Shown here in pieces: positions 1 to 8,480 of a DNA stretch of 8,480 nt. The DNA is from Paecilomyces variotii. Lineage: Eukaryota. Where the stretch lies: NCBI GenBank assembly GCA_004022145.1, contig RCNU01000061.1; one strand, given 5' to 3'. The notes beneath the pieces are model-generated. The model saw only the letters and a list, made by a program, of their open reading frames with translations, was not told where the DNA came from and made no database searches. The position numbers and the translations under genes are program-made. The stretch's first letter is position 1. Each line of letters begins with the position of its first letter.

Positions 1-611
1 TTTAATCTTATATTTAACCTGTTTTAATAAGTAATATACTTATATCTTTTTTAAAAAGACCTTAGTATATTTTTTATATTCTAGAGATAGGTCTTTAAGA
101 ATAATAGGGTTAATTTAGTCCCTATAAAGTATATAGATTATCTCTTCTCTTATTATCTTAAAGAATTATTAAGCACTTTTAATCTTTATCTATAATTAAT
201 ATAGAATATAATATCTCTAAGTTATTAACTCTTAATCTATAATAGGATTTATAATATATAGCTATAGTTTTCTAAAGATAATATTTAATCTAGGTATTAA
301 GATAATATAAAAATATATCTTTATCTTTTTTATTATTCTTTCGGAGTTAATAATATAGATCTCTGCTTTAAATAATCTATATTTCTAAATTTTATATTTA
401 TTAATAGATTTAAAGTTTATATACTATTAGAAATTTAAAAGAATTCTATAATATATAGCTATATTTAGGCTAATATAGTAGTAGGCTAATCCGGAATTAA
501 TAAAGGCCTTATCTTTAAATATATTATTAAAAAGGTATAGTTATACTAGAATATATAAAAATTCTTTTTTTAGCTTAAACCCTTTATTATAAAGGGCTAT
601 AATAATCTTAG
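1..611 (-). pseudogene. pol: pol relic of element A: aspartic protease and linker into reverse transcriptase (truncated by window edge)
   Basis: One frame reads KAFINSGLAYYYIS (AAT TCC GGA at 498-490 = DSG after G>A), FKSINKYKI, IINSER (TDSEG), LNIIFRKL*LYIINPIID*ELIT*RY (DIIFGKPWL...NPIIDW...TWRY) and LSLEYKKYTKVFLKK. Confidence 0.85.
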
Positions 612-1660
612 GTTTTTTTTTTTTAAAAAAGTCTTTTTTTTTAGGTATAATTTAAATCTTTATATATAGCCTATTTTATTATAGTTAAAGTAGTAACTTT
701 CTTTTTTAAGCCAATTTTATTCTATTAGTAATTTAAACTTTTTTTTTTTAAGGTTTAGTTAGCTCTACGCGCTAATTACTAATCTCCTTCTTCTTTTATT
801 CTAAGGGAGAGTTCTTTAGTATATTTTATATTAATCTACTTGTATTTAGTAGAGTAGGTTAACTTATAATCTTATTCTTCTTTTAGTTTATCTTCTAATT
901 AATAGCTAAAGATACTAATTAGTTAAGATTTATTAGGAGGTCTTAATAATTTAGCAACCTTATTTAAACCTTAGGTTATAGTTTTATATAAAAGATATAA
1001 GACTAGATAATTTTATTATTATTAAACTCTTTACCCTAATTTAACTCTATTTAAGCTTGCTTAAAATAGTATAGAAAGGCTTAAGCAGTTTAATTAAAAT
1101 ATTAAATTAAGATATAAAAGCAGTTTATTATATTCTATTCTTAATAATATAGATTATTAAGTAAATCTAGTAATTAATCCTTAAATCCTTCTTAAGTTAG
1201 TATTTAAAAGTTAAGATTCTCTTGCTAATAAATCTAAGATTAAGCTAATTCCTTATTTAGTAATATTATAATATAAGTAACTTTCTTAGCTTTATCTTTA
1301 AATAATAAAGTATTATAAGCTAAGTATTTATCTATATACTAGTACTATTAATAATAGGTATTAAGTATAATAGCTTTATACCTCTGCAATTTTAGCAGTT
1401 TAAGCCTTAACTATTTATTAATATAATTAGTAGTAAGAAGTTATAAGAGATCTCTCTTTATTAATAGTTTATTTTTTATTTAAGCTTACTCTATCCCTAG
1501 GCTTATTAGAGTATCTTCTAGGATTTATAAGCTAGCTTTAGTAATTAGTTATTGTAAGCTAAGTTTAGCACTTTTTAAACCCTTTAGAGTATATACTATA
1601 GGCTAAGTATTAGGACTCTTATCCCCTAAGTTATAGGATATATTAGTACTATTACTTATA
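597..1660 (-). pseudogene. gag: gag relic of element A (retrotransposon capsid domain plus zinc knuckle)
   Basis: Reads ...FKDKAKKVTYIIILLNKELA*S*...LT*EGFKD*LLDLLNN... (ancestral approx. F.DEAKKVAYA..LL.GEPA.SW...TWEGFKDWL), the Retrotrans_gag pattern. At 692-645 it reads YFNYNKIGYI*RFKLY (approx. CFNCxKIGHIxxxxxC). Indels occur near 899 and in the T-run at 739-749. The start is approximate. Confidence 0.8.
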
Positions 1661-1952
1661 TTACTAGGTTAAATAATCTAAATTATAAGAAATAGAGGTT
1701 CTTAAAGATTACTAATAAATTATTCTGCTAATAATTATAATAAGAGAGATAATAGCTTTATATATTTAGCTTAAAAAAGGGTTTATTAGTAAGATAAAGA
1801 GTTAATTATTATAATAAAGGGTTTAACTAATATAGAAAAGGGTCTATATTAAAGAGTTCTAGTAGTAAAGAGTTTATATAAATAAAGAAATAATAAGGTA
1901 TATATTATATTAGAATAAATTGCTAGCTTCTAATAAGATAGTAATCTAGAGC

Positions 1953-1961
1953 CTATTTATA
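1953..1961 (-). promoter_or_regulatory. Putative TATA box of the element A LTR
   Basis: TATAAATAG on the minus strand, mid-LTR and oriented toward gag A. Position and orientation support it, but such motifs are common in RIPed AT-rich DNA. Confidence 0.4.
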
Positions 1962-2083
1962 TTCTAAATCTTAAGCACTTCTTAGCTTTATCTCATATAA
2001 ATCTTAAAAGCGGGGAGAGCGAGGTTTAATTAATTACCTCAGTATTATATTTAGATTTAGGGCTTTACTATAGTCCTGCGAGC

Positions 2084-2113
2084 TTATGCCCTAGCGGGAA
2101 GCTAGGGGCATAA
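2084..2113. repeat. GC-rich inverted repeat/hairpin at the outer end of the element A LTR
   Basis: TTATGCCCTAGC (2084-2095), loop GGGAA, then GCTAGGGGCATAA (2101-2113): a 12-bp stem with one bulged G. Confidence 0.85.
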
Positions 2114-2115
2114 TA

Positions 2116-3546
2116 ATGCTTAATATTAATATAAATATATAAGCTAAGGCGCCTTTAGGATTTAATCTAACTAAAAGATCTAAAATACCTTTAAACTTAT
2201 ATAACTTCTACTAGGCTTCTAATTATATTTAATCTTATTGCCTAGATTTAAAAAGCCTTTTAAATTAGAAGCTTATCTATTAAAGAGAAGATTATAAACT
2301 TTACTTTAAGTTAAAAGGATAGAATAGAGAAGTTATTTATCTTATATAAAGAAATATATTATAAAAGGAGATTATTAAATAGAGACTAAAGAAAGAGTAA
2401 AAAAATATTAACTTAATTAGGTATAATATCTAGTTAATTATACTAGGACAGCTTAAGAATAACTTAAGCTTTAAGGAAGAAGCTGGGGATATTATAGAAA
2501 ATTATTATTTTATTAATATAATAAGATTAAATAAGCCTTAAGAAATAAAAAAAAAGTAAAGTAAGATTAAATAATTATATAAGAAAAAGCTATAGAAAAT
2601 AATTAAATAAGAATAAAGATTTCTTTTAATTAAGATAAACTAATTTAGCAATTATTAGCCTTTAAATATAATTAAGAAAATAAAGATAGTTAAAGAGAAA
2701 ATAAAGGATATATTTAAGTAAAATAAGGATAGAAAGATTATTAAGATAAAAGAGAAGTAAAAGTTAAAAAGATTTAAAATTATAGATAAACTAAAAGAGA
2801 TTACTAATATAATAGGGATTATAAACTAAATATTAAATACTAGAGTTTAAATATTAATTTAGGACTTTATTAATCTATCTCCTAATTTATATAAAGCCTT
2901 ATTTATCTTATAACTATAGCAGGTAATAATAAAGATAATATTCTATAATATTAAAGGAGTATAGTTTAATATCTTTATATTAAATATAAAGTATATAGTA
3001 AATAGTACAGATTAATATACTTATATATTCTTATAATTTAAGCCTTTTAATAAAGATAAGATACTATATATAGCTATAACTCTAAAATTACTAATTAAAA
3101 TTAATAATTATAAGAAGGTATAAAATATTATAATAAATAGTAGAGCTAAAATTAATATAATATATAAAGATATAGCAAATTATTATAAACTTATTATAAG
3201 CTAGAAATTTAAAGGTAATATAATATTAGTAGATAATAGGCAGACTCCTTTTATAGGTCTTTATAAAAAAATACTTATATAGATAAGATCTTTCTATTAT
3301 AAGGTCCCTTTTTTTATAATAAATAATAAGATTAACTATAATTATATTTTAAGATAGCTTTTTAAGTATTAAGTATATTTATAGCATATTGCTCTATTAA
3401 ATAGGATAATAAAGAATATAATTTATTTTATAGACTAAAAGAATTAAGTTATTATTTAGATATTTTTAATAGATAATCTAAGAAATAAGTTAAGAGAAGA
3501 AGTATTATGCGATTTATTATCCTAGATATAAAAATTATTAAATTAA
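2116..3546 (+). pseudogene. gag: gag-protease ORF relic of element B (N-terminus missing)
   Basis: A single frame (+1) carries the knuckle YNFY*ASNYI*SYC at 2200-2241 (Cx2Cx4Hx4C, last Cys intact as TGC), then DFINLSPNLYKALF, the protease IINSRAKINII (AAT AGT AGA at 3136-3144 = DSG; IDSGAEVNV), KVPFFI and IILR*LFK (ILGQPFE). It ends TTA AAT TAA at 3538-3546. Confidence 0.85.
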
Positions 3547-4256
3547 AGCTAAAAAAGAATAATAGATATTAAACTAAAAATAGAGAAAGCCTATAGAAGC
3601 TATACTTAATAAATAATATTAGCTTTAGAATAAGTAAGGAAATTAAAAATAAAGAGATAGAAATATTTAAACTTACCAAATTAAATAAAGGAATTAGAAG
3701 ATTATAAAGGTATAGACTATTTAAAAAATATAACCTTTTTATTATAAAAATAAAATATTCTATTAATATATAGTATAAGAAGAAATATAAAAAGATTTAT
3801 TTAATAAATATATTAAACAAACCTATAATAGCTCTAGGAGAGTTATTAAAATAAAAAAAAGTTATTAAAAAGTACTATTATAAGAACCTCTAAAAAAGTA
3901 TAAAAAAAATATATAGAGGATTTATTAAATATATCTAGCTAAAGATATTAGATATTAAGAAAGGAATAAGATTAATACTAGACTATTTAAAGAACCTTAT
4001 TATAGGTAATAATTTATAGCTAAAAAAGAAAAAATTATTAATAGAGATATTTTTTACCTAAGAAATAATCTTTACTTAAACCTTTAAAGAGATTAGATAA
4101 ATATACTTAAAAGTTATACTTCTAATTATTATTTAGACTATAGATTATAAACTATAATAGATAAAAAGCTTTTTAATATTAAAAGTACTCTATAATATAA
4201 TATAAGGAATAGTAAAAAAAAGAATAAATATAGAGATTCTTAAATATAATTAAGAA

Positions 4257-4830
4257 CCTTACTAAAATCTGTAGTTCTTAATAAAAAAGAAAAATAATAA
4301 ATATTAGCTAATTAATATAGCTATAGAAGTTAATTAAATAATAATATAAGATGCTAATTTACCCCCTTTAATTAATAAGTTCTTAAAAGAGTTTAGTAGA
4401 ATATTAATATTAATATTTATAAACTTATTTTTTAGATATAATTAGTTAGAGTTAGCTAAAGAATTACAGGACTTAACAGCTTTTTATATACTAGAGATTA
4501 ATTTAGTTTATTAAGCTAAATTATCTTAAAGATAAATAAATATAGTATAGAAGTTTATATAAAGAGTTATATAAATATTAGTAGATAATATTCTTAATAT
4601 CTATAATATATTTCTAGATAATATACTAATATAAGGACCTAAGACTAATTATAGGGGAGAAGAGATACTACTAAGAATTAGAAGGTTTATATTTAAATAT
4701 ATCTAGAATATTAATAAGATATTATATAGTCTTAAACTTATAGGTTTAATAATTACTAGAGAAAAATTATAATTTATAGTATTAGGAATTAAAATAATAG
4801 GCTATATATATAATATTAAGGGGAGATATC
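4257..4830 (+). other. Reverse transcriptase domain relic (element B)
   Basis: Reads PY*NL*FLIKKKNNKY*LIN (from 4257), intact DANLPP (4350-4367), INLFFRYN*LEL (DLFSGYDQLEL), DLTAF, LS*R*IN (LPQGWTN), catalytic FLDN at 4611-4622 (FLDD after G>A), GPKT and GIKIIGY. Confidence 0.95.
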
Positions 4831-5089
4831 TTAAATTAGCTAAGGTAATTAAGATCTTAAAATAGCTATTTTATTAGAACTTATAAGAAATAAAAAATTT
4901 CTAGGGGTTATAGCCTATTACTAGATATAGATTAAAGAATATATTACTAAAGCTAAGCCAATATATTTAATATTAAGGAAGAGATAAGACTTCCTTTAAG
5001 GGCTAAAATAATAAAAAGTAATAAATACTTTAAAAATAGCCCTAATAATAATACTAGTATTTAAGCTAATTAACTATAGAGAAAAAGAT

Positions 5090-5470
5090 ATAATTATTAT
5101 TAATATTAATGCTAATAGTAATAAATAAGAGGCTTAACTTATTTAAAAAAAAAGAAGTCTAATAAGAGATATTTAACTAAATATAAAAGTAAAGTATAAA
5201 TATAGGTAGAGAGATAATATAATAAAGAAAAGCTAGAGTATAAGATAATATTAAAGGCGCTTTATAAATTTTAAGTATATCTATATAATATATATTTTTA
5301 ACTAAAGGTAGATATAAAAATTCTAATAGTGCAATTAAATAAAATAGCTATAAATCTCCCTAAATTAATAATTACTTAGTAGATTATTTAAATTCAGCTA
5401 TTTAACTTTAATATTATCTATATATTAGGGAAAAAGAACTTAGTTATAGATAAATTATCTTAGAAGCTAA
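5090..5470 (+). other. Ty3/Gypsy RNase H domain relic (element B)
   Basis: Reads INANSNK*EA at ~5105-5134 (VDASxxGWGA), KYKSKV* (RYESGVW), KLE at 5230-5238, LKALYKF*VYLY, KVDIK, IQLFNFNI and GKKNLVIDKLS* (GKKNxVADGLSR) ending ~5463. Confidence 0.88.
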
Positions 5471-5803
5471 TAATAAAATAAGACTTAGAAAAGGTAAAAG
5501 ATAATAATATAGAGAAATTCCTAAACCTATAATTTTATATAGTCTATTATATTAGTATATAAAAGATAGAATTAGATAATATCTTTTAGTTAATACTTAT
5601 ATTATATTAGTTAAAAAAGTCTTTATTAATTATAGAGTAGTTATAAACTATAATAAAACTAGATAATATAAATAGAGGATAATATGCTAAGTTTAAGAAA
5701 AAGGCTCTAAAGTATATAGTTTAAGATAGTATGCTTTTTTAAAGGGTATAATAAAATTAGCCTTATTATATAATTATTAATAATAAAAAAAAATAAAAAA
5801 AAA

Positions 5804-6856
5804 ATTCTTATAGCCCTTTATAAAGAGTATAAATATTATAAATATAAAGCAACTTATTAAAAAATAGCTAATTAATATTAGTAAAAAAGCTTATATAAGT
5901 ATATTGCTAAATAAATAAAGATATATAATAAATATTAAAAAGTAAATAAAGAATATATAAAAGAAACTTTATAATTAATATTTATTTTATTAGAGAGATT
6001 AAAGCTATATCTAGATATTTATAAGATTATACTGCTTAATAAAAGAAAGATTTATATTATTATATTTTAAAATAATTTTAGCTAAATTAAATATAAAGCC
6101 CTTAACAGCCTTATTTTAAGAGCTATTACTAAGTTTTTATAAAAAGATTAAATTTATTATTAAGAAGTAATAAAGACTTTTATTAATAATAAAAGATTAG
6201 AAAATAAAGCTATAATTAATATATTAGTATAAAAGTATAAGATTAATTATATTAAGATCTTATTATATAACTTATAAGTAAATAAAATAATTAAAATTAT
6301 ATATAAGTCTTTTATATATAATATTAGAAAACTTATAAAAGAAATAAAGATAAATTAAATAAATTATTTACTAGCAGTAATTTAGGCGGATAAGAATATA
6401 ATTAAGACCTTTATAGGCTTAATACTATTTAGAGTAATTATAAGATATAATACTATATTACTAATTAAACTAGAAGTACTTATTTAAAAAACTTTAATAT
6501 AAGATAAGGTTAAGACTATAAAAGATCTTCTATTCCTTTATATATAATAAATAGAGCTTTAAGATTAAGATATAGAAGAAGCTTAACTTTATATCTAATA
6601 TATAAGAGAAGCTAGTAAAAAAATTTTTAATAATAAAAAATAGCTCTATAAAAAATAACTAATAAAAAAATAGCTTATTCTGCTTTATAATATAAAGCTT
6701 AAAATATTTTATTCTATAAAACTAATATATTGCTAGCTTAAATTATATAAGATTAAAAAAGTCTTTAAGAAAGGGTCTTATAAGCTTAAAGAGTTAAATA
6801 ATATATCTTTTAAAGACTTAATTTATAGGAATTACTTAAAAAGCTATTATTTATAA
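5804..6856 (+). other. Integrase relic (HHCC zinc finger, DDE core, GPY/F module) of element B
   Basis: Reads ALYKEYKY (ALHEExGH) ... Y** (YWW) ... IYNKY*K (TCDECQK); LYLD with Asp intact at 6014-6016; NKRLENK at 6188 (DGGSENK); YNL*VNKIIK (YNPQANGMIE, E position 6293); AVI*ADK (AVIWADR); and C*LKLYKI...KGSYKLKELN...YRNYLKSYY (RWLGPYRI...GSYKLEELDG...HGNRLK). No chromodomain was recognised downstream. Confidence 0.9.
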
Positions 6857-8480
6857 AAGAACTAAAATAAAATACTAACTATAAGTAATAATATAATACT
6901 TAAATAAAAAAATTAGTAATTAAGTAATAATAATAATAATATAAACTAAATATTACTTAAATTAGAATATATAATTATAGTTTTAATATTCTCTTTCTAA
7001 AAATATTAGCTTAAAAAAAGAGAAGTAAAAAGCTAATAATAAAGCAAGTTTAATATTAAATAAGAAGTTAGTTTAAAAGGAGAAGAAATAGAAGGATAAT
7101 AATAAAATAAGTATTAATATTATAATAAAAAGAAAAGGAGAATAAACTTAAAATAAGAGTGTCTTTTTTAGGGAAAGAGAAGAATTTAAAGATGCCTAAT
7201 AATAATTAAGAAAGAAAAAAAAGAGAGATAATTAAAAAATATATAATATTAGCTTAAATATCTTAAAAAAGTTTATAAATAAAGCTAAAAATAAAAAATA
7301 TTAAATAAAGAATATAAATAATAAATAAAGAATTCTTATCTTATTATAAAAACCTTACTTTTTATATTATATAATATTATAGCAGAAGTAACTAGAGACT
7401 AAATTAAGCTAAACTTAACCCTATTTTATCTTTTAAGTATATCTTTTTATTTAGAAACTATTTTAAAAAGTTACTTTATAAAAATATATATTAAAAATAA
7501 AAAAAAATATACTAGAAATATAAAATATTATCTATTAAGATAAAGCTCTTTAACTTAGAATATATATATATATTATAATTAGCAAAATTTATAAGCTTAT
7601 AAAGGAGATAATAAATAAGGCTAATAATAAAGAAGAGAAGGTTTAGTTTATAAATAATATAATAGCAATTATTTTAAATTTTTAAAACAGGTATAATAAA
7701 GCAGCTAATAATTTTTATAATTTCTTAAACTAATAAAAGCTATTAAAAAAATAAAAAAAAGAAATATTAGCTATTAATAAGCTAAAAAATTAAAAATATA
7801 AGCAGAAAAGAACTATAAATATACTAATAAAGGTTATTATAAAGCTATAAAGAAATAAGGCTAAGAGATTATAGACTAAGTCTTATTAATTATTAGATAA
7901 TTATATTAAACCTTAATAGCTATAAGAGGATTAGCTTTTAATATTAAAGATTAGAAAATAATAGCTATATATTTAGTAAAAATATAAATTAATAGACTTT
8001 ATAATATTAAGAGATAAAGAATACTAATTAAAAAAAGTCTTTAACTAACTAATATTAGAAAGATAAGAGATATCTTAAAAAAAGCCCTTAATAGAGAAAG
8101 ACTAATTTTTTAAAAGCTTATTAATAAAGAACTATAAAAAATTAAAATAAGAATAAAAGAGAATAATCTTTTAAAAAAAAATTATAGGAGAAGAGAAAAA
8201 ATATTAGATTAAAGATTAAGTAAGAGCTTATTAATAGATTTAATATTAAATAAAAAAAGAAAAAATATAAAAAAAAAAAGAGAAAGAGAAAAAAAAAGAT
8301 TAAGAGTCTTAAGAAGCTAAAAAAAGAAAAAAAAAGCTTAAAACTTAAGATAAGGGGAAAAGGCTAGAAAAAAAATATAATATAAGGTTAATATATCTAT
8401 ATTAATAGAAAAAGCTATTGCTAATTTAAAAGATAAAAAAATATTAAAATTTTAAAGAAAGAAGAATTAAACCCGCTATT

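Larger units (their letters stand above)
1..2115 (-). mobile_element. RIP-degenerated Ty3/Gypsy LTR retrotransposon (element A; Tf2/MAGGY chromovirus-like layout), 5' half, running off the left edge
   Basis: Minus-strand order is LTR (2115-1807), gag capsid relic, zinc-knuckle relic (692-645), protease relic AFINSG (NSG at 498-490), IIFRKL*L/NPIID*E (ILGxPWL/NPxIDW), then EYKKYTKVFLKK (EYxxYxxVFS, the pre-RT motif). In-frame stops are TAA/TAG at expected Trp/Gln/Arg positions. Confidence 0.9.
1807..2115 (-). repeat. Putative 5' LTR of element A (~309 bp)
   Basis: On the minus strand it begins TATTATG (2115-2109) and ends TATAATA (1813-1807), consistent with RIPed TGTTATG...CATAACA terminal inverted repeats. 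It contains a TATAAATAG box and lies directly upstream of gag A. Element B coding sequence begins immediately beyond it. The second LTR is outside the window, so the boundaries are inferred. Confidence 0.65.
3540..7000 (+). pseudogene. pol: pol ORF relic of element B (RT, RNase H, integrase)
   Basis: Frame +3 runs from ~3540 to ~4895, then 1-bp indels in A-runs near 4895, 5150 and 5800 shift the frame. It contains the RT, RNase H and integrase motifs listed separately. It ends with a probable acidic tail ((AAT)5 at 6926-6940, likely (GAT)5) and a TAA at 6998-7000. Both ends are approximate. Confidence 0.93.
1..8480. other. RIP-mutated AT-rich repeat block of a filamentous ascomycete genome
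   Basis: TpA is ubiquitous, while a hand count finds only 24 CpA/TpG in bases 1-2120. Conserved motifs differ from consensus almost only by C>T/G>A changes on both strands. Confidence 0.93.
2116..8480 (+). mobile_element. RIP-degenerated Ty3/Gypsy LTR retrotransposon (element B), 5'-interrupted; 3' LTR not seen in the window
   Basis: The domain order knuckle-PR-RT-RNaseH-IN on the plus strand over 2200-6860 is diagnostic of Ty3/Gypsy. Assigning 7000-8480 to the element is inference, based on continuous RIP composition and strand skew with no visible junction. Confidence 0.88.

Noticed and set aside
1785..1806. Primer-binding site (tRNA or Tf1-type self-priming) after A's LTR
   Set aside because: No convincing complement to a tRNA 3' end or to the LTR's presumed transcript start could be read through the RIP damage.
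2070..2125. Hairpin as a Helitron 3' end, rho-independent terminator or hammerhead ribozyme
   Set aside because: There is no Rep/helicase relic, no U-tract in a prokaryotic context and no complete CUGANGA/GAAA core with three stems. The LTR terminus explains its location.
2116..2142. In-frame ATG exactly at the start of element B's visible gag
   Set aside because: It is too close to the zinc knuckle to be the true gag start, has no capsid domain after it and hits TAA at 2140. It is better explained as the insertion target site.
6926..6940. (AAT)5, (TA)n at ~7561-7572 and poly-A runs as satellites or CRISPR-like repeats
   Set aside because: These are short low-complexity products of RIP with no repeat-spacer periodicity.
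8345..8390. Possible polypurine tract and start of element B's 3' LTR
   Set aside because: The whole 7000-8480 region is purine-rich and no 5' LTR of B is available for comparison, so this cannot be supported.
8465..8477. AATTAAACCCGCT resembles the reverse complement of 2018-2031 (AATTAAACCTCGCT), suggesting terminal inverted repeats
   Set aside because: The match is only ~13 nt with an indel, does not extend convincingly and lies inside A's LTR. Chance is likely.
1..8480. AT-rich organellar, endosymbiont or alternative-genetic-code (TAA/TAG read-through) coding DNA
   Set aside because: Stops fall at Trp, Gln and Arg positions alike, catalytic Asp residues are changed to Asn, and CpA/TpG are nearly absent. 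This fits RIP, not codon reassignment.

Overview
This window is extremely AT-rich, TpA-saturated DNA almost devoid of CpA/TpG, the signature of fungal repeat-induced point mutation (RIP). It has no intact gene. It consists of two dead Ty3/Gypsy LTR retrotransposons lying head-to-head, readable once TAA/TAG/AAT/TAT codons are mentally reverted (C>T, G>A). Element A (minus strand, 2115 to beyond position 1) has a ~309-bp 5' LTR (1807-2115), a gag with capsid and zinc knuckle, an aspartic protease and the pre-RT segment. Element B (plus strand, 2116 to beyond 8480) starts abruptly mid-gag, just before its CCHC knuckle. It continues through protease, RT (FLDD read as FLDN), RNase H and integrase (HHCC, DDE, GPY/F) to ~7000. 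A most likely inserted into the gag of B. The least explained part is the >1.4-kb purine-rich tail of B, which may hold a degenerate antisense ORF with a Zn2Cys6-like cysteine spacing (speculative). All translations and counts were done by hand, and ancestral ('de-RIPed') readings are inference.
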